DNA of 32,000 nucleotides from Microcystis aeruginosa NIES-2549. Lineage in GTDB: Bacteria; Cyanobacteriota; Cyanobacteriia; Cyanobacteriales; Microcystaceae. Positions 7,472 to 16,127 of this stretch are shown here, one piece after another (positions within the stretch are counted from its first letter, which is position 1; each line of letters starts with the position of its first letter). The notes under the pieces were generated by a model, which did not search any database, was not told the origin of the DNA, and worked only from the letters and a program-made list of their open reading frames with translations. Location of the stretch: assembly GCF_000981785.2 (NCBI RefSeq), contig NZ_CP011304.1:1590001-1622000 (forward strand), in the 5' to 3' direction. A program made the translations under genes and the position numbers.

Positions 7472-9697
7472 ATGCAAAAAAAATCTCTCAAATTACCTGT
7501 AGTCGTCAAGGGAATACTAATTATTATTACTGCCTACTTTTTTCTGGCAAATTTACCTAGGATTGACTGGTTAGAAATTGGTTTAGATGCTTCTTGGGCT
7601 TTTGCTATTAGTGATGCTGCCCATAAACAGTTAATTTTTGGACAAGATATTATCTTCACCTATGGACCACTAGGCTATCTGGTTCATGGCACATCTTTAA
7701 ATCACAACTTTTCCCAAATTATCTATTTTCGCTGGTTGATACACCTTTGTCTATTAGGGGTGGTTATTCTCAGATTATTATTTATTAAAAGCTATAGCAA
7801 TCAAATAGTTTTTGTGCTGTCAATTATTTTTGCTACTCTAGTAGGAAATCCCTACAACAGTATCGGCTTTACTGTTGATTATCAGATGACATTTATCCTC
7901 CTGATACTAATGTCTTTTGATAACTTTTTTCAAAAGTACATCAATTATTTAGCTATAGCTATTGGCATGATCAGTGGGTTCTCTATACTCACTAAACTAA
8001 CTCTAGGAATTTATCTAGCAGGCAGCCTGTTTATCTACATATTTGTTAATATTGTTCGGGGATATTTTCAGAAGTCACCATCGATAGTTATAAAAAATGT
8101 TCTCGCTGGTATTAACTTAACTTTAAGCATTCCTTCCATTGCCTTTATTTTTCTCTATCCAGCCTCTTATAACCGAGCCTTTATTCACATTATAGTTAAT
8201 CTTTGCATTGCTGGAGGAGTAGCTTTGGCTCTCTGGTTTATCGCCAGATCTGCCCGCCTATCGGCACCCCCCGTATTAAGGGAGGCAAGGGGGATCAAAG
8301 GCAAAATCTATCTTCTATTTAATCAGAACTACTTACTTAACTTCTTACCTCTGTTAGTATTTTATGGGCTTTATGGGTTACTTCTTCTCCAAACAATTAA
8401 TCTAAATAATTTTCCCTCTCTCATGGAATATTTGAGTAATTCTTGGCAAATTTCTTCTGGTTATTCCAGTGCGATGAGTATTGTAGGAAATTACCCGCGT
8501 TTACTAATTGCCTTGCTCTGCTTTGCCTTAAGTTTGCTTTTAATGTCGCTGGCAATTATAGACCAAAAAATTAGTCTGGCTATTGCCTATATTTTCCCTA
8601 TATTTTTATCATTTAAGCATGGATTTGTTAGGCAAGATGCTCACGTTGTTGTTTTTACACTTGTGGTTATTCTCTTAGCTTCTCTCTATACAATAATTAT
8701 TAAAAACTCTCGGTTTAAGAAGATTGCCTATTGTGCTTGGGGAATAATTTTTTTGGGATGTATTCTTATCACCTCTAGTCCTAATCGGACTATACTGGAA
8801 AATGCTCGCCAGTGGAGTAATTTCAGTCCCGATAGAGTGTTTAATAATATCGGGGTTGTCATTTCCTCTATGCTTAATCCCACAGAATTAAAGATGCGAG
8901 GTGAAAGAAGTACAACTCAAAATTTACAAGTCATTGCTACCGCTACCAAAATACCTGATTCTGTGCTGGAAAAAGTGCAAGGCAAAACTATTGATATAAT
9001 TCCCTGGGAATTTTCACTTATTCCGGGCAATCAGCTTAATTGGAAACCGAGGCCGATTATTCAATCCTATTCTGCTTATACAGAAAAACTGGATGAACTA
9101 AATTATCAAAGCTTATCTCAATCTCCCAGAGATTATCTGATTTATCACTTTCAATCTATTGATGACAGACATCCTTTTTTTGATGAACCTAAAGCCTTTT
9201 CCTATGTGGTTTGTAATTATCAACTTGACTCGGTAAATTCGCCCTTCCGCGTCCCCGCAATCAAAACCAACTTTTATCTTCTAGAAAAACAAAAAGTCAG
9301 TCGTTGCAGTCCAACCCCTTTAGGAGAGACTACTAATGTTACTTGGGATCAAGTCTATGAATTACCTACTCGTAATAGTGGGATTACTCGTGTTCAAGTT
9401 AAATTTGAATATTCTTGGTTGGGTAAAATAGTCAAACAACTCTTTAGAATCCCTCCCGTGATAATTAACGTTAATTATCTCGATGGAACTCAAGCCAATT
9501 TTCGCTTTCTTCAAGATAATTCAGCTAATGGAGTTATCCTTAGTCACTTACCAAGAAATACTCAGGAATTAATGGCATTTTTTCAAGGAAAATTACCACC
9601 ACAAGTCAAATCCTTTAGCTTTTCTGTCAGTAATCCTCTGCTATTCTCGCCAGAAATAAAAGTAACGCCTTTTTGGGAAGTTGAGACTGGTTCATAA
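7472..9697 (+). CDS. Large polytopic membrane protein of unknown family, with a ~300-aa C-terminal non-membrane domain; possible GT-C-type lipid-linked-sugar transferase
   Basis: 741-aa ORF that is very hydrophobic over roughly the first 440 aa (more than 10 predicted helices by eye), followed by a hydrophilic C-terminal part. The ATG lies 10 nt after the preceding gene. The function is inferred only from operon context with the GtrA-GT2 gene. Confidence 0.6.
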   Translation: MQKKSLKLPVVVKGILIIITAYFFLANLPRIDWLEIGLDASWAFAISDAAHKQLIFGQDIIFTYGPLGYLVHGTSLNHNFSQIIYFRWLIHLCLLGVVILRLLFIKSYSNQIVFVLSIIFATLVGNPYNSIGFTVDYQMTFILLILMSFDNFFQKYINYLAIAIGMISGFSILTKLTLGIYLAGSLFIYIFVNIVRGYFQKSPSIVIKNVLAGINLTLSIPSIAFIFLYPASYNRAFIHIIVNLCIAGGVALALWFIARSARLSAPPVLREARGIKGKIYLLFNQNYLLNFLPLLVFYGLYGLLLLQTINLNNFPSLMEYLSNSWQISSGYSSAMSIVGNYPRLLIALLCFALSLLLMSLAIIDQKISLAIAYIFPIFLSFKHGFVRQDAHVVVFTLVVILLASLYTIIIKNSRFKKIAYCAWGIIFLGCILITSSPNRTILENARQWSNFSPDRVFNNIGVVISSMLNPTELKMRGERSTTQNLQVIATATKIPDSVLEKVQGKTIDIIPWEFSLIPGNQLNWKPRPIIQSYSAYTEKLDELNYQSLSQSPRDYLIYHFQSIDDRHPFFDEPKAFSYVVCNYQLDSVNSPFRVPAIKTNFYLLEKQKVSRCSPTPLGETTNVTWDQVYELPTRNSGITRVQVKFEYSWLGKIVKQLFRIPPVIINVNYLDGTQANFRFLQDNSANGVILSHLPRNTQELMAFFQGKLPPQVKSFSFSVSNPLLFSPEIKVTPFWEVETGS

Positions 9698-9738
9698 TCT
9701 TTCTTGAACCTTGAAAAGCGGTTAATATCTCTGGAAAA

Positions 9739-9811
9739 TGGAGAATAGGGAACTCGAATCCCTGACCTCTGCGGTGCGATCGCAGCGCTCTACCAACTGA
9801 GCTAATTCCCC
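9739..9811 (-). tRNA. tRNA-Ala (anticodon CGC)
   Basis: The reverse complement reads GGGGAATTAGCTCAGTTGGTAGAGCGCTGCGATCGCACCGCAGAGGTCAGGGATTCGAGTTCCCTATTCTCCA. It has acceptor GGGGAAT/ATTCTCC with the G3:U70 alanine identity pair, anticodon arm CTGCG-ATCGCAC-CGCAG (CGC) and T-loop TTCGAGT. Length is 73 nt and no CCA is encoded. Confidence 0.92.
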
Positions 9812-9942
9812 ATATATAGGCCATAATAGCATTTTTGAGCAGAAAATCCTAGGAACTGGCAAGGGATCGAGGCGCAAAAAATCGAGCGGCTTCTCTCTGG
9901 AAAACTTTAAAATAGAAAAAGTAATCTTGAGGATGATAACCA

Positions 9943-10494
9943 ATGGCGATACTACGCTTAGAGAATGGGACAACCTATACCCAGTTAGCCGATATTAGTC
10001 TGGAATTGGCTAAATTAAATGTTACTTTAAACTATTGGCCGATCGAAAACCAGGCCACCCGTCAGCTACTTAAGCAAGCTTCTCTTACCGAAGAAGAAAA
10101 AGAAATAGTTTTAACCAGCTTAGACGGTTATTTTGAGCAACTAAAGCAAGAAGCGGGTTATCAAGCTAGAGATTTAATCGTTTTACACCCTGAAATTCCC
10201 AATCTCGACACTTTACTGGCAAAATTCGAGCGCTGTCACACCCACGCTGACGATGAGGTGCGTTATATCATTGATGGGGAGGGGGTTTTTGGCTTTGTCT
10301 TTCCCGATGGTTCTCAGGGGGAATTAACTATTCAACCTCAAGAATACATCAATGTTCCCGCCCATAGCGAACACTGGTTTCACCTCACTGCCAGTAAACG
10401 AGTTAAAGCAGTACGTTACTTCACCAGTACCGCCGGATGGGTTCCCGAATATACGGAAACCGTTATTCGTTTTCCTAGTTTAACAGCCGTGTAG
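9943..10494 (+). CDS. mtnD: Acireductone dioxygenase (methionine salvage, ARD cupin)
   Basis: 183 aa with the ARD cupin metal motif HTHADDEVRYIIDGEGVFGF and a downstream HSEHWF. Confidence 0.8.
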   Translation: MAILRLENGTTYTQLADISLELAKLNVTLNYWPIENQATRQLLKQASLTEEEKEIVLTSLDGYFEQLKQEAGYQARDLIVLHPEIPNLDTLLAKFERCHTHADDEVRYIIDGEGVFGFVFPDGSQGELTIQPQEYINVPAHSEHWFHLTASKRVKAVRYFTSTAGWVPEYTETVIRFPSLTAV

Positions 10495-10595
10495 CCTTTG
10501 GTTTCAGGCGAGTGCTTTCCCAGTAAGACAGATAAGTTTTGCGGGGATGGCAACGCCGGCAGCCACAATCTGTTAAGCGGCAAATCTGTCCTGTT

Positions 10596-10636
10596 GAAAA
10601 TCTCCCGTCTAGTGCCTAGCTTGACGGGAGATTTTC
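10596..10636. terminator. Bidirectional intrinsic terminator between convergent mtnD (+) and petG (-)
   Basis: Perfect 14-bp stem GAAAATCTCCCGTC (10596-10609) / GACGGGAGATTTTC (10623-10636) with a 13-nt loop. The A-tract and T-tract are built into the stem ends. Confidence 0.75.
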
Positions 10637-10663
10637 TCAATTCGGGGGATTGGCGTGATAGAT

Positions 10664-10780
10664 TTAGTCTAAGCCGAATTGATTGCCCCGTTTGTACTGT
10701 AAATAGGCGGCAACGAACAAACCCGCTAGGGTAATGGGAATTAAGCCTAGGACAATCCCTAGCACTAAAGGTTCAATCAC
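10664..10780 (-). CDS. petG: Cytochrome b6-f complex subunit 5 (PetG), 38 aa
   Basis: Not in the ORF track because it is too short. The minus strand reads GTG ATT GAA CCT ... GAC TAA, giving (M)[37 protein letters not shown], the conserved PetG sequence. AAGGAG lies 9 nt upstream of the GTG start. Confidence 0.9.
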   Translation of the reverse strand: MIEPLVLGIVLGLIPITLAGLFVAAYLQYKRGNQFGLD

Positions 10781-11012
10781 GTCTGTACTCCTTGGATTAG
10801 CAATTTTTCACCCGTATTTTATCCTAGCAGGGGTCGCCCGCGAAAGATAGGGCGGACAGGGGGGAGATGCTGCGATCGCACACACTTCGTTAATATCACC
10901 TCCCTGGCAAAAATCAAAAATCCTCCCTTATGGGTGTAGGGTGTTTTGACATTTTCTGCCAAGATAGCAGCCGCGTACCATAACTATAGCTATAGTTAAT
11001 TATTGGTTGCAG

Positions 11013-12149
11013 CTATTCTCTCATCTCCACCAGCAAGTCTGAGCGCTGATAACTGAACTGATGCTTGAAACTAATTACGGCTTGATTGTCGATAAAATGG
11101 GGATTGCCGAGGGGATCGATGGCACTGAAAGCGTAGAAATAACGGCGTACTAGGGGTGGAAAATCGCTAAAATCGAAGATTGTGTCACCTTGGGCCACAT
11201 CTGCCCAAAAATTTCGTAATTTCGGGGCTAATTCCTCCGCTAGACTCATGGGAAGATTGAGGGGATGGCAGGTTAACAAACGCATCATAAAAGGATAAGA
11301 GCGATCGCCTAACCATTGCCGAGAAATAGCGGGTAAATTCTCCCATCCGGGTATATTTTGCAGATGAAAGGATTCTATGGCTAATTCTCCCGTGTTTTCG
11401 CAATATTCTAACACCCGGTAAGGATGGGGATAACTGACGAGGGAACCGGTGGTAATTTCATAGATACCTCTACTAAAAGCCAGATCCTGCACGTGGAGAT
11501 GGCCGGTAATCAACAATTTTACGCCGTTTTCCTGTAGTATATCGAGCAGTTCTCCCGCATTAGCCAACATATAGCGTTTACCTAATTCATGATTGCTTTG
11601 TCCGGGTAAATGCTCGATAACGTTATGATGGATCATCACCATCACTAGATCGTTTTTTAGCGCTGGTAAAATCTGTTTTAACCAATGCAATTGTTCTGCA
11701 TCTAAACTGCCAATTTGTCCACCTTGCTCATCGAATTGATTAGAATTAAGACCGATTAATTGCACTCCGGGTAAAATTTCTTTTTGGTAGTATATTTGTT
11801 CGGGGTCGCTGTAACCAAATTGTTGATAATAAAAGGGAAAATCTCCTAAACCGATCTGGTTTTCTGTTGCGGTTAAACTCAAAACATCATGATTACCCGG
11901 CACCACATAGACGGGAAAGGGTAAAGTAGCTAAACAATCGGCTAACCAACGATGATTTTCTGGTTCACCATCTTGGGTTAAATCGCCAGCAATCAGCAGA
12001 AAATCGAGGTTAAGGGTGATCAGATGGTCTAAAACAATTTTTAAAGCGGGAATACTCACTTCCACCAGATGAAAGCGATTAGAATGGTTCAAAATGGTTG
12101 TGGGTAAAGCGATATGAGGATCGCTGAGAATGGCGAAACGGAAATTCAT
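11013..12149 (-). CDS. Calcineurin-like metallophosphoesterase
   Basis: All five MPE motifs are present: SDPH, GDLTQDG, GNHD, IHHN and GHLHV. The track start is TTG 12158. I prefer the in-frame ATG 12149 (MNFRFAILSDPH). Confidence 0.8.
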   Translation of the reverse strand: MNFRFAILSDPHIALPTTILNHSNRFHLVEVSIPALKIVLDHLITLNLDFLLIAGDLTQDGEPENHRWLADCLATLPFPVYVVPGNHDVLSLTATENQIGLGDFPFYYQQFGYSDPEQIYYQKEILPGVQLIGLNSNQFDEQGGQIGSLDAEQLHWLKQILPALKNDLVMVMIHHNVIEHLPGQSNHELGKRYMLANAGELLDILQENGVKLLITGHLHVQDLAFSRGIYEITTGSLVSYPHPYRVLEYCENTGELAIESFHLQNIPGWENLPAISRQWLGDRSYPFMMRLLTCHPLNLPMSLAEELAPKLRNFWADVAQGDTIFDFSDFPPLVRRYFYAFSAIDPLGNPHFIDNQAVISFKHQFSYQRSDLLVEMRE

Positions 12150-12214
12150 CGCATTCAATTGGGCTAAATATCGGTAAACTAGATTGACCGAGGAGAAATG
12201 AGGAGAAAATATCT

Positions 12215-12850
12215 TTGGCTAAAGTTCGCGTTCGTCAGCACGTCAATCCCTTAAGTCATAAATATCGCCATCCGATCGCTCCCCCCGATTGGAATCAAGT
12301 TTATCAGGATATGACGCCACCTCTCCATCTTGATATTGGTTGTGCGCGGGGTAAATTTTTGTTACAAATGGCCCAAGTATATCCAGAAATTAATTTTTTG
12401 GGGATTGAAATTCGTCAACCTTTGGTAATTGAAGCCAATCAGGAACGGGAAAGGTTAGGATTAAGTAATCTCGCTTTTGTTTTTGGCAATATGAATGTTG
12501 CCCCAGAAATTTTACTGCAATCTTTGCCCGCAGATAAGTTATTTTGGGTGTCGATTCAATTTCCCGATCCTTGGTTTAAACAGCGTCACAGTAAGCGTCG
12601 AGTTGTGCAGCCGGAATTAGTCATAGCTTTGGCTAAGTATATGGTAGCTGGAGGCTGGGTTTTTTTACAGTCGGATGTGGAATCGATCGCCCTGGAAATG
12701 ACGGAGAGATTTCAAGCACATCCCCATTTTGTTCGGCAACATCAAACCCCCTGGTTAGAGGAAAATATTTTCCCCATAGCGACGGAAAGGGAAAAGTCCA
12801 CTTATAATAAAGGTCAACCGGTTTATCGCTCGCTTTTTCGAGTTCGGTAG
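12215..12850 (+). CDS. trmB: tRNA (guanine46-N7)-methyltransferase
   Basis: 211 aa. The N-terminus (M)AKVRVRQHVNPL is the conserved TrmB opening, which supports the TTG start at 12215. The SAM motif LDIGCARG is present. Confidence 0.85.
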   Translation: MAKVRVRQHVNPLSHKYRHPIAPPDWNQVYQDMTPPLHLDIGCARGKFLLQMAQVYPEINFLGIEIRQPLVIEANQERERLGLSNLAFVFGNMNVAPEILLQSLPADKLFWVSIQFPDPWFKQRHSKRRVVQPELVIALAKYMVAGGWVFLQSDVESIALEMTERFQAHPHFVRQHQTPWLEENIFPIATEREKSTYNKGQPVYRSLFRVR

Positions 12851-12884
12851 CTTCAGCTAAAATATCTTGGCACTGTCTCAAATC

Positions 12885-13493
12885 ATGGTTATAAATCTCG
12901 ACTCACCCCTAATACTTGAGGACAATAATCGCCCCCCTGTCTCTCAATTGCTAGAATTTCTCTTAACCAAAGAAAAAAACACTAAAAAAACTAAAGAAAA
13001 TCTGACTTTTGAGGCTTTAGTCGGTACTTGGCGATTATACTTTATCACGGGAACTCAAAAAGCGAAAAAGAGAGCGGGAATTGTTTTGGGGAAGGGTCGC
13101 TATCTACCATCCTGGTTAAAAATTACCATCTCTTACCAAAGAAATGAGAGTTTAGAACTGGGAGAATTTATCTCTGGAAGCGTCAGCAATCAGATAGTTT
13201 TAGGGGCAGTAAAACTATCTGTAAGCGGTCCGGTTAAGTTTTTTCCTAAAACCCGTCTTCTCGCCTTTGATTTCACCCGGCTCAACCTAACCCTATTTAA
13301 TCGCTCTCTCTATTCAGGTTTTATTAGAAATGGCCAGGTAAGCGAAGCGAATTTTTATCAGGAAAGTATCAAAAAACAGGCATTTTTTGCCTATTTTCTG
13401 ATCACAGAAACAATGATAGCAGCCCGGGGACGAGGGGGAGGATTAGCCCTTTGGGTAAAAGAGATAAGTGAGACAAAACTAGCTGAAAAATAA
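12885..13493 (+). CDS. Conserved hypothetical protein (possibly PAP/fibrillin-like)
   Basis: Long ORF. The GTWRLYFITG segment and the C-terminal ARGRGGGLALWV resemble fibrillin-family motifs, a weak call from memory. The track start is TTG 12867 and the first ATG is at 12885. Confidence 0.5.
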   Translation: MVINLDSPLILEDNNRPPVSQLLEFLLTKEKNTKKTKENLTFEALVGTWRLYFITGTQKAKKRAGIVLGKGRYLPSWLKITISYQRNESLELGEFISGSVSNQIVLGAVKLSVSGPVKFFPKTRLLAFDFTRLNLTLFNRSLYSGFIRNGQVSEANFYQESIKKQAFFAYFLITETMIAARGRGGGLALWVKEISETKLAEK

Positions 13494-13512
13494 TTTATTA
13501 GAGGAGAAATAG

Positions 13513-14313
13513 ATGGGATATTCTATCGATGTAGATGGGACAAATTTTGACAGTGAAGTGATCGAGAAATCCTATCTAAATACGGTGATTTTAGACTTTT
13601 ATGCCCTGTGGTGTGGACCCTGTAAATTGGTAAAACCGATGCTGGAAAAACTGGCAAGTGAATATAATTTTATCCTGGCAAAAATAGATATAGATAAAAG
13701 TCCCGAATTAGCCGAACAATACAATGTAGAAGGAGTTCCCGATGTGCGAATTGTCAGCAAGGGAGAAGTGTTACCCTGTTTTGTCGGTGCTTTGCCAGAA
13801 GAACAAATTAGAGACTTATTTTCCCGTCTCGATTTACAATCGGAATTAGAAACAGGATTAGCAGAAATCAAAGAAGCGATCGCCCTCGATAATTTGCCCG
13901 CAGCTAAACAATTATTTGATCGTCTTTTCCCTAAATATCCCAACGAACCGCGATTAATTATTATGGCGGTCAAATTTCTCATGCGTCTAGAAAAATGGTC
14001 AGATGCCTATCGATTAATTAGTGCTATTAAAGAGGAAAATCCTGTTATAAAAGGTTGGAAAACTCTCCTAGAATTTCAACAATTAAAACCAGAAAATAAT
14101 CCCCTCGATCCGATATTTTTTACTGGGATTAATTCCGCATTAAAAGAAGATTATGCCGCCGCTTTAGATAAACTGATCAGCCTGGTGGGAGAAAGTAGAA
14201 AATATCGTCAGGATGGGGCAAGAAAAGCCATGTTAGCCATATTTCAGATTTTGGGGGTTAGTCATCCCCTCACCCAAGAATACCAAGCAAAGTTAACATT
14301 TCTGCTCTACTAG
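13513..14313 (+). CDS. Thioredoxin-domain protein with a TPR-like C-terminal domain (YbbN/CnoX-like)
   Basis: 266 aa with the WCGPC active site near the N-terminus and a helical repeat C-terminus. GAGGAG lies upstream of the ATG. Confidence 0.8.
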   Translation: MGYSIDVDGTNFDSEVIEKSYLNTVILDFYALWCGPCKLVKPMLEKLASEYNFILAKIDIDKSPELAEQYNVEGVPDVRIVSKGEVLPCFVGALPEEQIRDLFSRLDLQSELETGLAEIKEAIALDNLPAAKQLFDRLFPKYPNEPRLIIMAVKFLMRLEKWSDAYRLISAIKEENPVIKGWKTLLEFQQLKPENNPLDPIFFTGINSALKEDYAAALDKLISLVGESRKYRQDGARKAMLAIFQILGVSHPLTQEYQAKLTFLLY

Positions 14314-14456
14314 GTAGGGTTTACTAAAAAAGTTTGTTGATGGGGTTAGGAGTCAGGAATCGGTCAAAACTAAAGCAATTCCCCGGGGAATTTCAACAAA
14401 TCTATTCCTAGAATTTCTGTTGACAATTGCCAGGGAATTGCTAGAGACAAGACAGC

Positions 14457-15935
14457 TTATTTGTGGCGAATCATTTCATAGAGGGCAACGTATTCTTCCC
14501 CGGGGCGATTCCAAGAGTAATCGCATTCCATGCCTTGGATCGCTAATTTTTGGAATTCTTCTGGTTGAGTGTACCACAATTCCAATGCCCGGGACATGGC
14601 TGATTCGAGGGCATTATTATCGGGATCAAAAAAGACAAAACCATTGCGTTCTTCTGGTTTGTGATAGGTATCATAATCGCGATCAAAAACCGTATTAACT
14701 AAACCACCAACTCCCCGGACAATGGGAACAGTTCCGTATTTTAAGCTGATTACTTGTGTCAGTCCGCAGGGTTCAAAATTACTGGGAACCACAATCATAT
14801 CAGCCCCCGCATAAATGAGGTGAGATAATTCCTCATTAAAGCCCAATTCAATATGAACATCAGGGTTATTATTGAGGTGATTTTTCTCGTGCCAGAACCA
14901 GTTATTAATTAACGATTCGGTGGCGGAACCTAAGAGGACAAATTGCGCCCCGCGAGCTAAGGCATAATACATGGCATGGTGAACTAAATGTACGCCTTTT
15001 TGGTCATCTAAACGACCGACATAACAAATTAAGGGTTTTTCTGCCTCATCTCTTAACCAGAGTCTTTCTCGCAGTGCCTTCTTATTGCGTGCCTTCTCGG
15101 AGAAGCTATCAACACCGTAGGGTGCAGCAATAAATTTATCTACTTCTGGGTTCCAGATATTGTAATCTAAACCGTTGAGAATGCCAGTAAATTTGTGTTG
15201 ATGCTGGTGAATTGTATGGCCCAAACCGTAACTAACATCAGTGTGGTGTGCTTCCCAAGCATGGTGGGGCGAGACGGTATTGAAATAGTTGGCAAAAACG
15301 ATGCCACCTTTCATAAAATTAATCACAAAAGGATTGAAGTTATCGCGCAGTCGGGCATAGCTAAAGTAGTAAGGATCGTTATTTAATCCTGTTGCCCAGA
15401 GAATTTCCGCACCACCAAATCCTTGATGTTTAAAGTTATGGATGGTGTAGAGAACGCGCTGATTGCCCATACCATGATATTTATAAATTTCAAACAGTAA
15501 GGGCGGAATTAAACCGGTTTGCCAGTCGTGACAATGAATTATATCGGGACGTTTATTACTTCTGAGCAAAAATTCTAAAGCGGCTTTAGAGAAGAAGGCA
15601 AAACGCATATTATCGTCTTTACAACCGTAGTAAGTACCGCGATTAAAGAAATTATCGCCCGAATTGGGTTGAATAAAGAAACACAAGCGCCCGTGTACCC
15701 AACCACAAAAAACGTTACAGTGAATTGCCCCACCGAACCAAGGCACCCACAGGTCCCGATAAGCCTCGTGTAAGCCCCAAATTTGGTCGTAGCGCATACA
15801 ATCATACATGGGTAGGATTAGCTCCACGCAATGACCGCGAATTTCTAATTCTCGACTCAATCCATATACCACATCCCCCAATCCCCCAGCTTTAATCACC
15901 GGGGCGCACTCAGAGGCAACCTGAACTATATACAT
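14457..15935 (-). CDS. glgA: Glycogen (starch) synthase, GT5
   Basis: 492 aa. The N-terminal motif ECAPVIKAGGLGDVV (KxGGLxDV) and overall GlgA-like sequence support the call. Confidence 0.9.
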   Translation of the reverse strand: MYIVQVASECAPVIKAGGLGDVVYGLSRELEIRGHCVELILPMYDCMRYDQIWGLHEAYRDLWVPWFGGAIHCNVFCGWVHGRLCFFIQPNSGDNFFNRGTYYGCKDDNMRFAFFSKAALEFLLRSNKRPDIIHCHDWQTGLIPPLLFEIYKYHGMGNQRVLYTIHNFKHQGFGGAEILWATGLNNDPYYFSYARLRDNFNPFVINFMKGGIVFANYFNTVSPHHAWEAHHTDVSYGLGHTIHQHQHKFTGILNGLDYNIWNPEVDKFIAAPYGVDSFSEKARNKKALRERLWLRDEAEKPLICYVGRLDDQKGVHLVHHAMYYALARGAQFVLLGSATESLINNWFWHEKNHLNNNPDVHIELGFNEELSHLIYAGADMIVVPSNFEPCGLTQVISLKYGTVPIVRGVGGLVNTVFDRDYDTYHKPEERNGFVFFDPDNNALESAMSRALELWYTQPEEFQKLAIQGMECDYSWNRPGEEYVALYEMIRHK

Positions 15936-16035
15936 ATATCAATAACTCCCTCGATTAATCTACAGGTCAGCTAGAAGCAATTTTTACAAAAGTATACAGT
16001 CTTCTGTGATTAATTGACTCGATCGAATTAGTTGC

Positions 16036-16117
16036 GGGTTGGGGGTTGGGGAAGTTGGGGTGTTGGGGAGAACAAAGCTGCCTTTTGCCTTTTGCATGAG
16101 CGCCTTTTGCCTTTTGC
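16036..16117. repeat. G-run tract (G-quadruplex-type motif) followed by a duplicated heptamer-repeat block
   Basis: 16036-16068 reads GGGTTGGGGGTTGGGGAAGTTGGGGTGTTGGGG, five G runs of at least 3 nt with 2-5 nt loops. GCCTTTTGCCTTTTGC occurs at 16080-16095 and again at 16102-16117. Confidence 0.8.
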
Positions 16118-16127
16118 CTCCTAAAGA

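Noticed and set aside
9739-9811. tRNA-Ala as a demonstrable integration site (att) for the glycan block, and the HIP1 octamer inside its anticodon arm
   Set aside because: I could not find a direct repeat of the tRNA 3' end at the other side of the block, so integration remains only a positional hint. The GCGATCGC in CTGCGATCGCACCGCAG follows from the CGC anticodon context and is probably coincidental.
9627-9973. Track ORFs 9627-9824 (-) and 9722-9973 (-)
   Set aside because: Both run through the tRNA-Ala gene (9739-9811). The open frames are incidental.
10416-10734. Track ORFs 10416-10640 (-) and 10498-10734 (+), between mtnD and petG
   Set aside because: They span the 14-bp-stem terminator and overlap petG or mtnD. 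There are no motifs and the codon composition is implausible.
10800-10932. A possible 32-codon TTG-initiated ORF on the minus strand upstream of petG, starting within the shared 26-nt motif
   Set aside because: It has a non-ATG start, a Pro/Arg-rich implausible product and no known family. The region is more likely petG promoter or leader.
11185-15805. Internal or antisense track ORFs 11185-11403, 12633-12881, 13599-13982, 14420-14698, 15195-15386 and 15575-15805
   Set aside because: Each is nested in or antisense to a confidently identified gene (metallophosphoesterase, trmB, thioredoxin-TPR, glgA).
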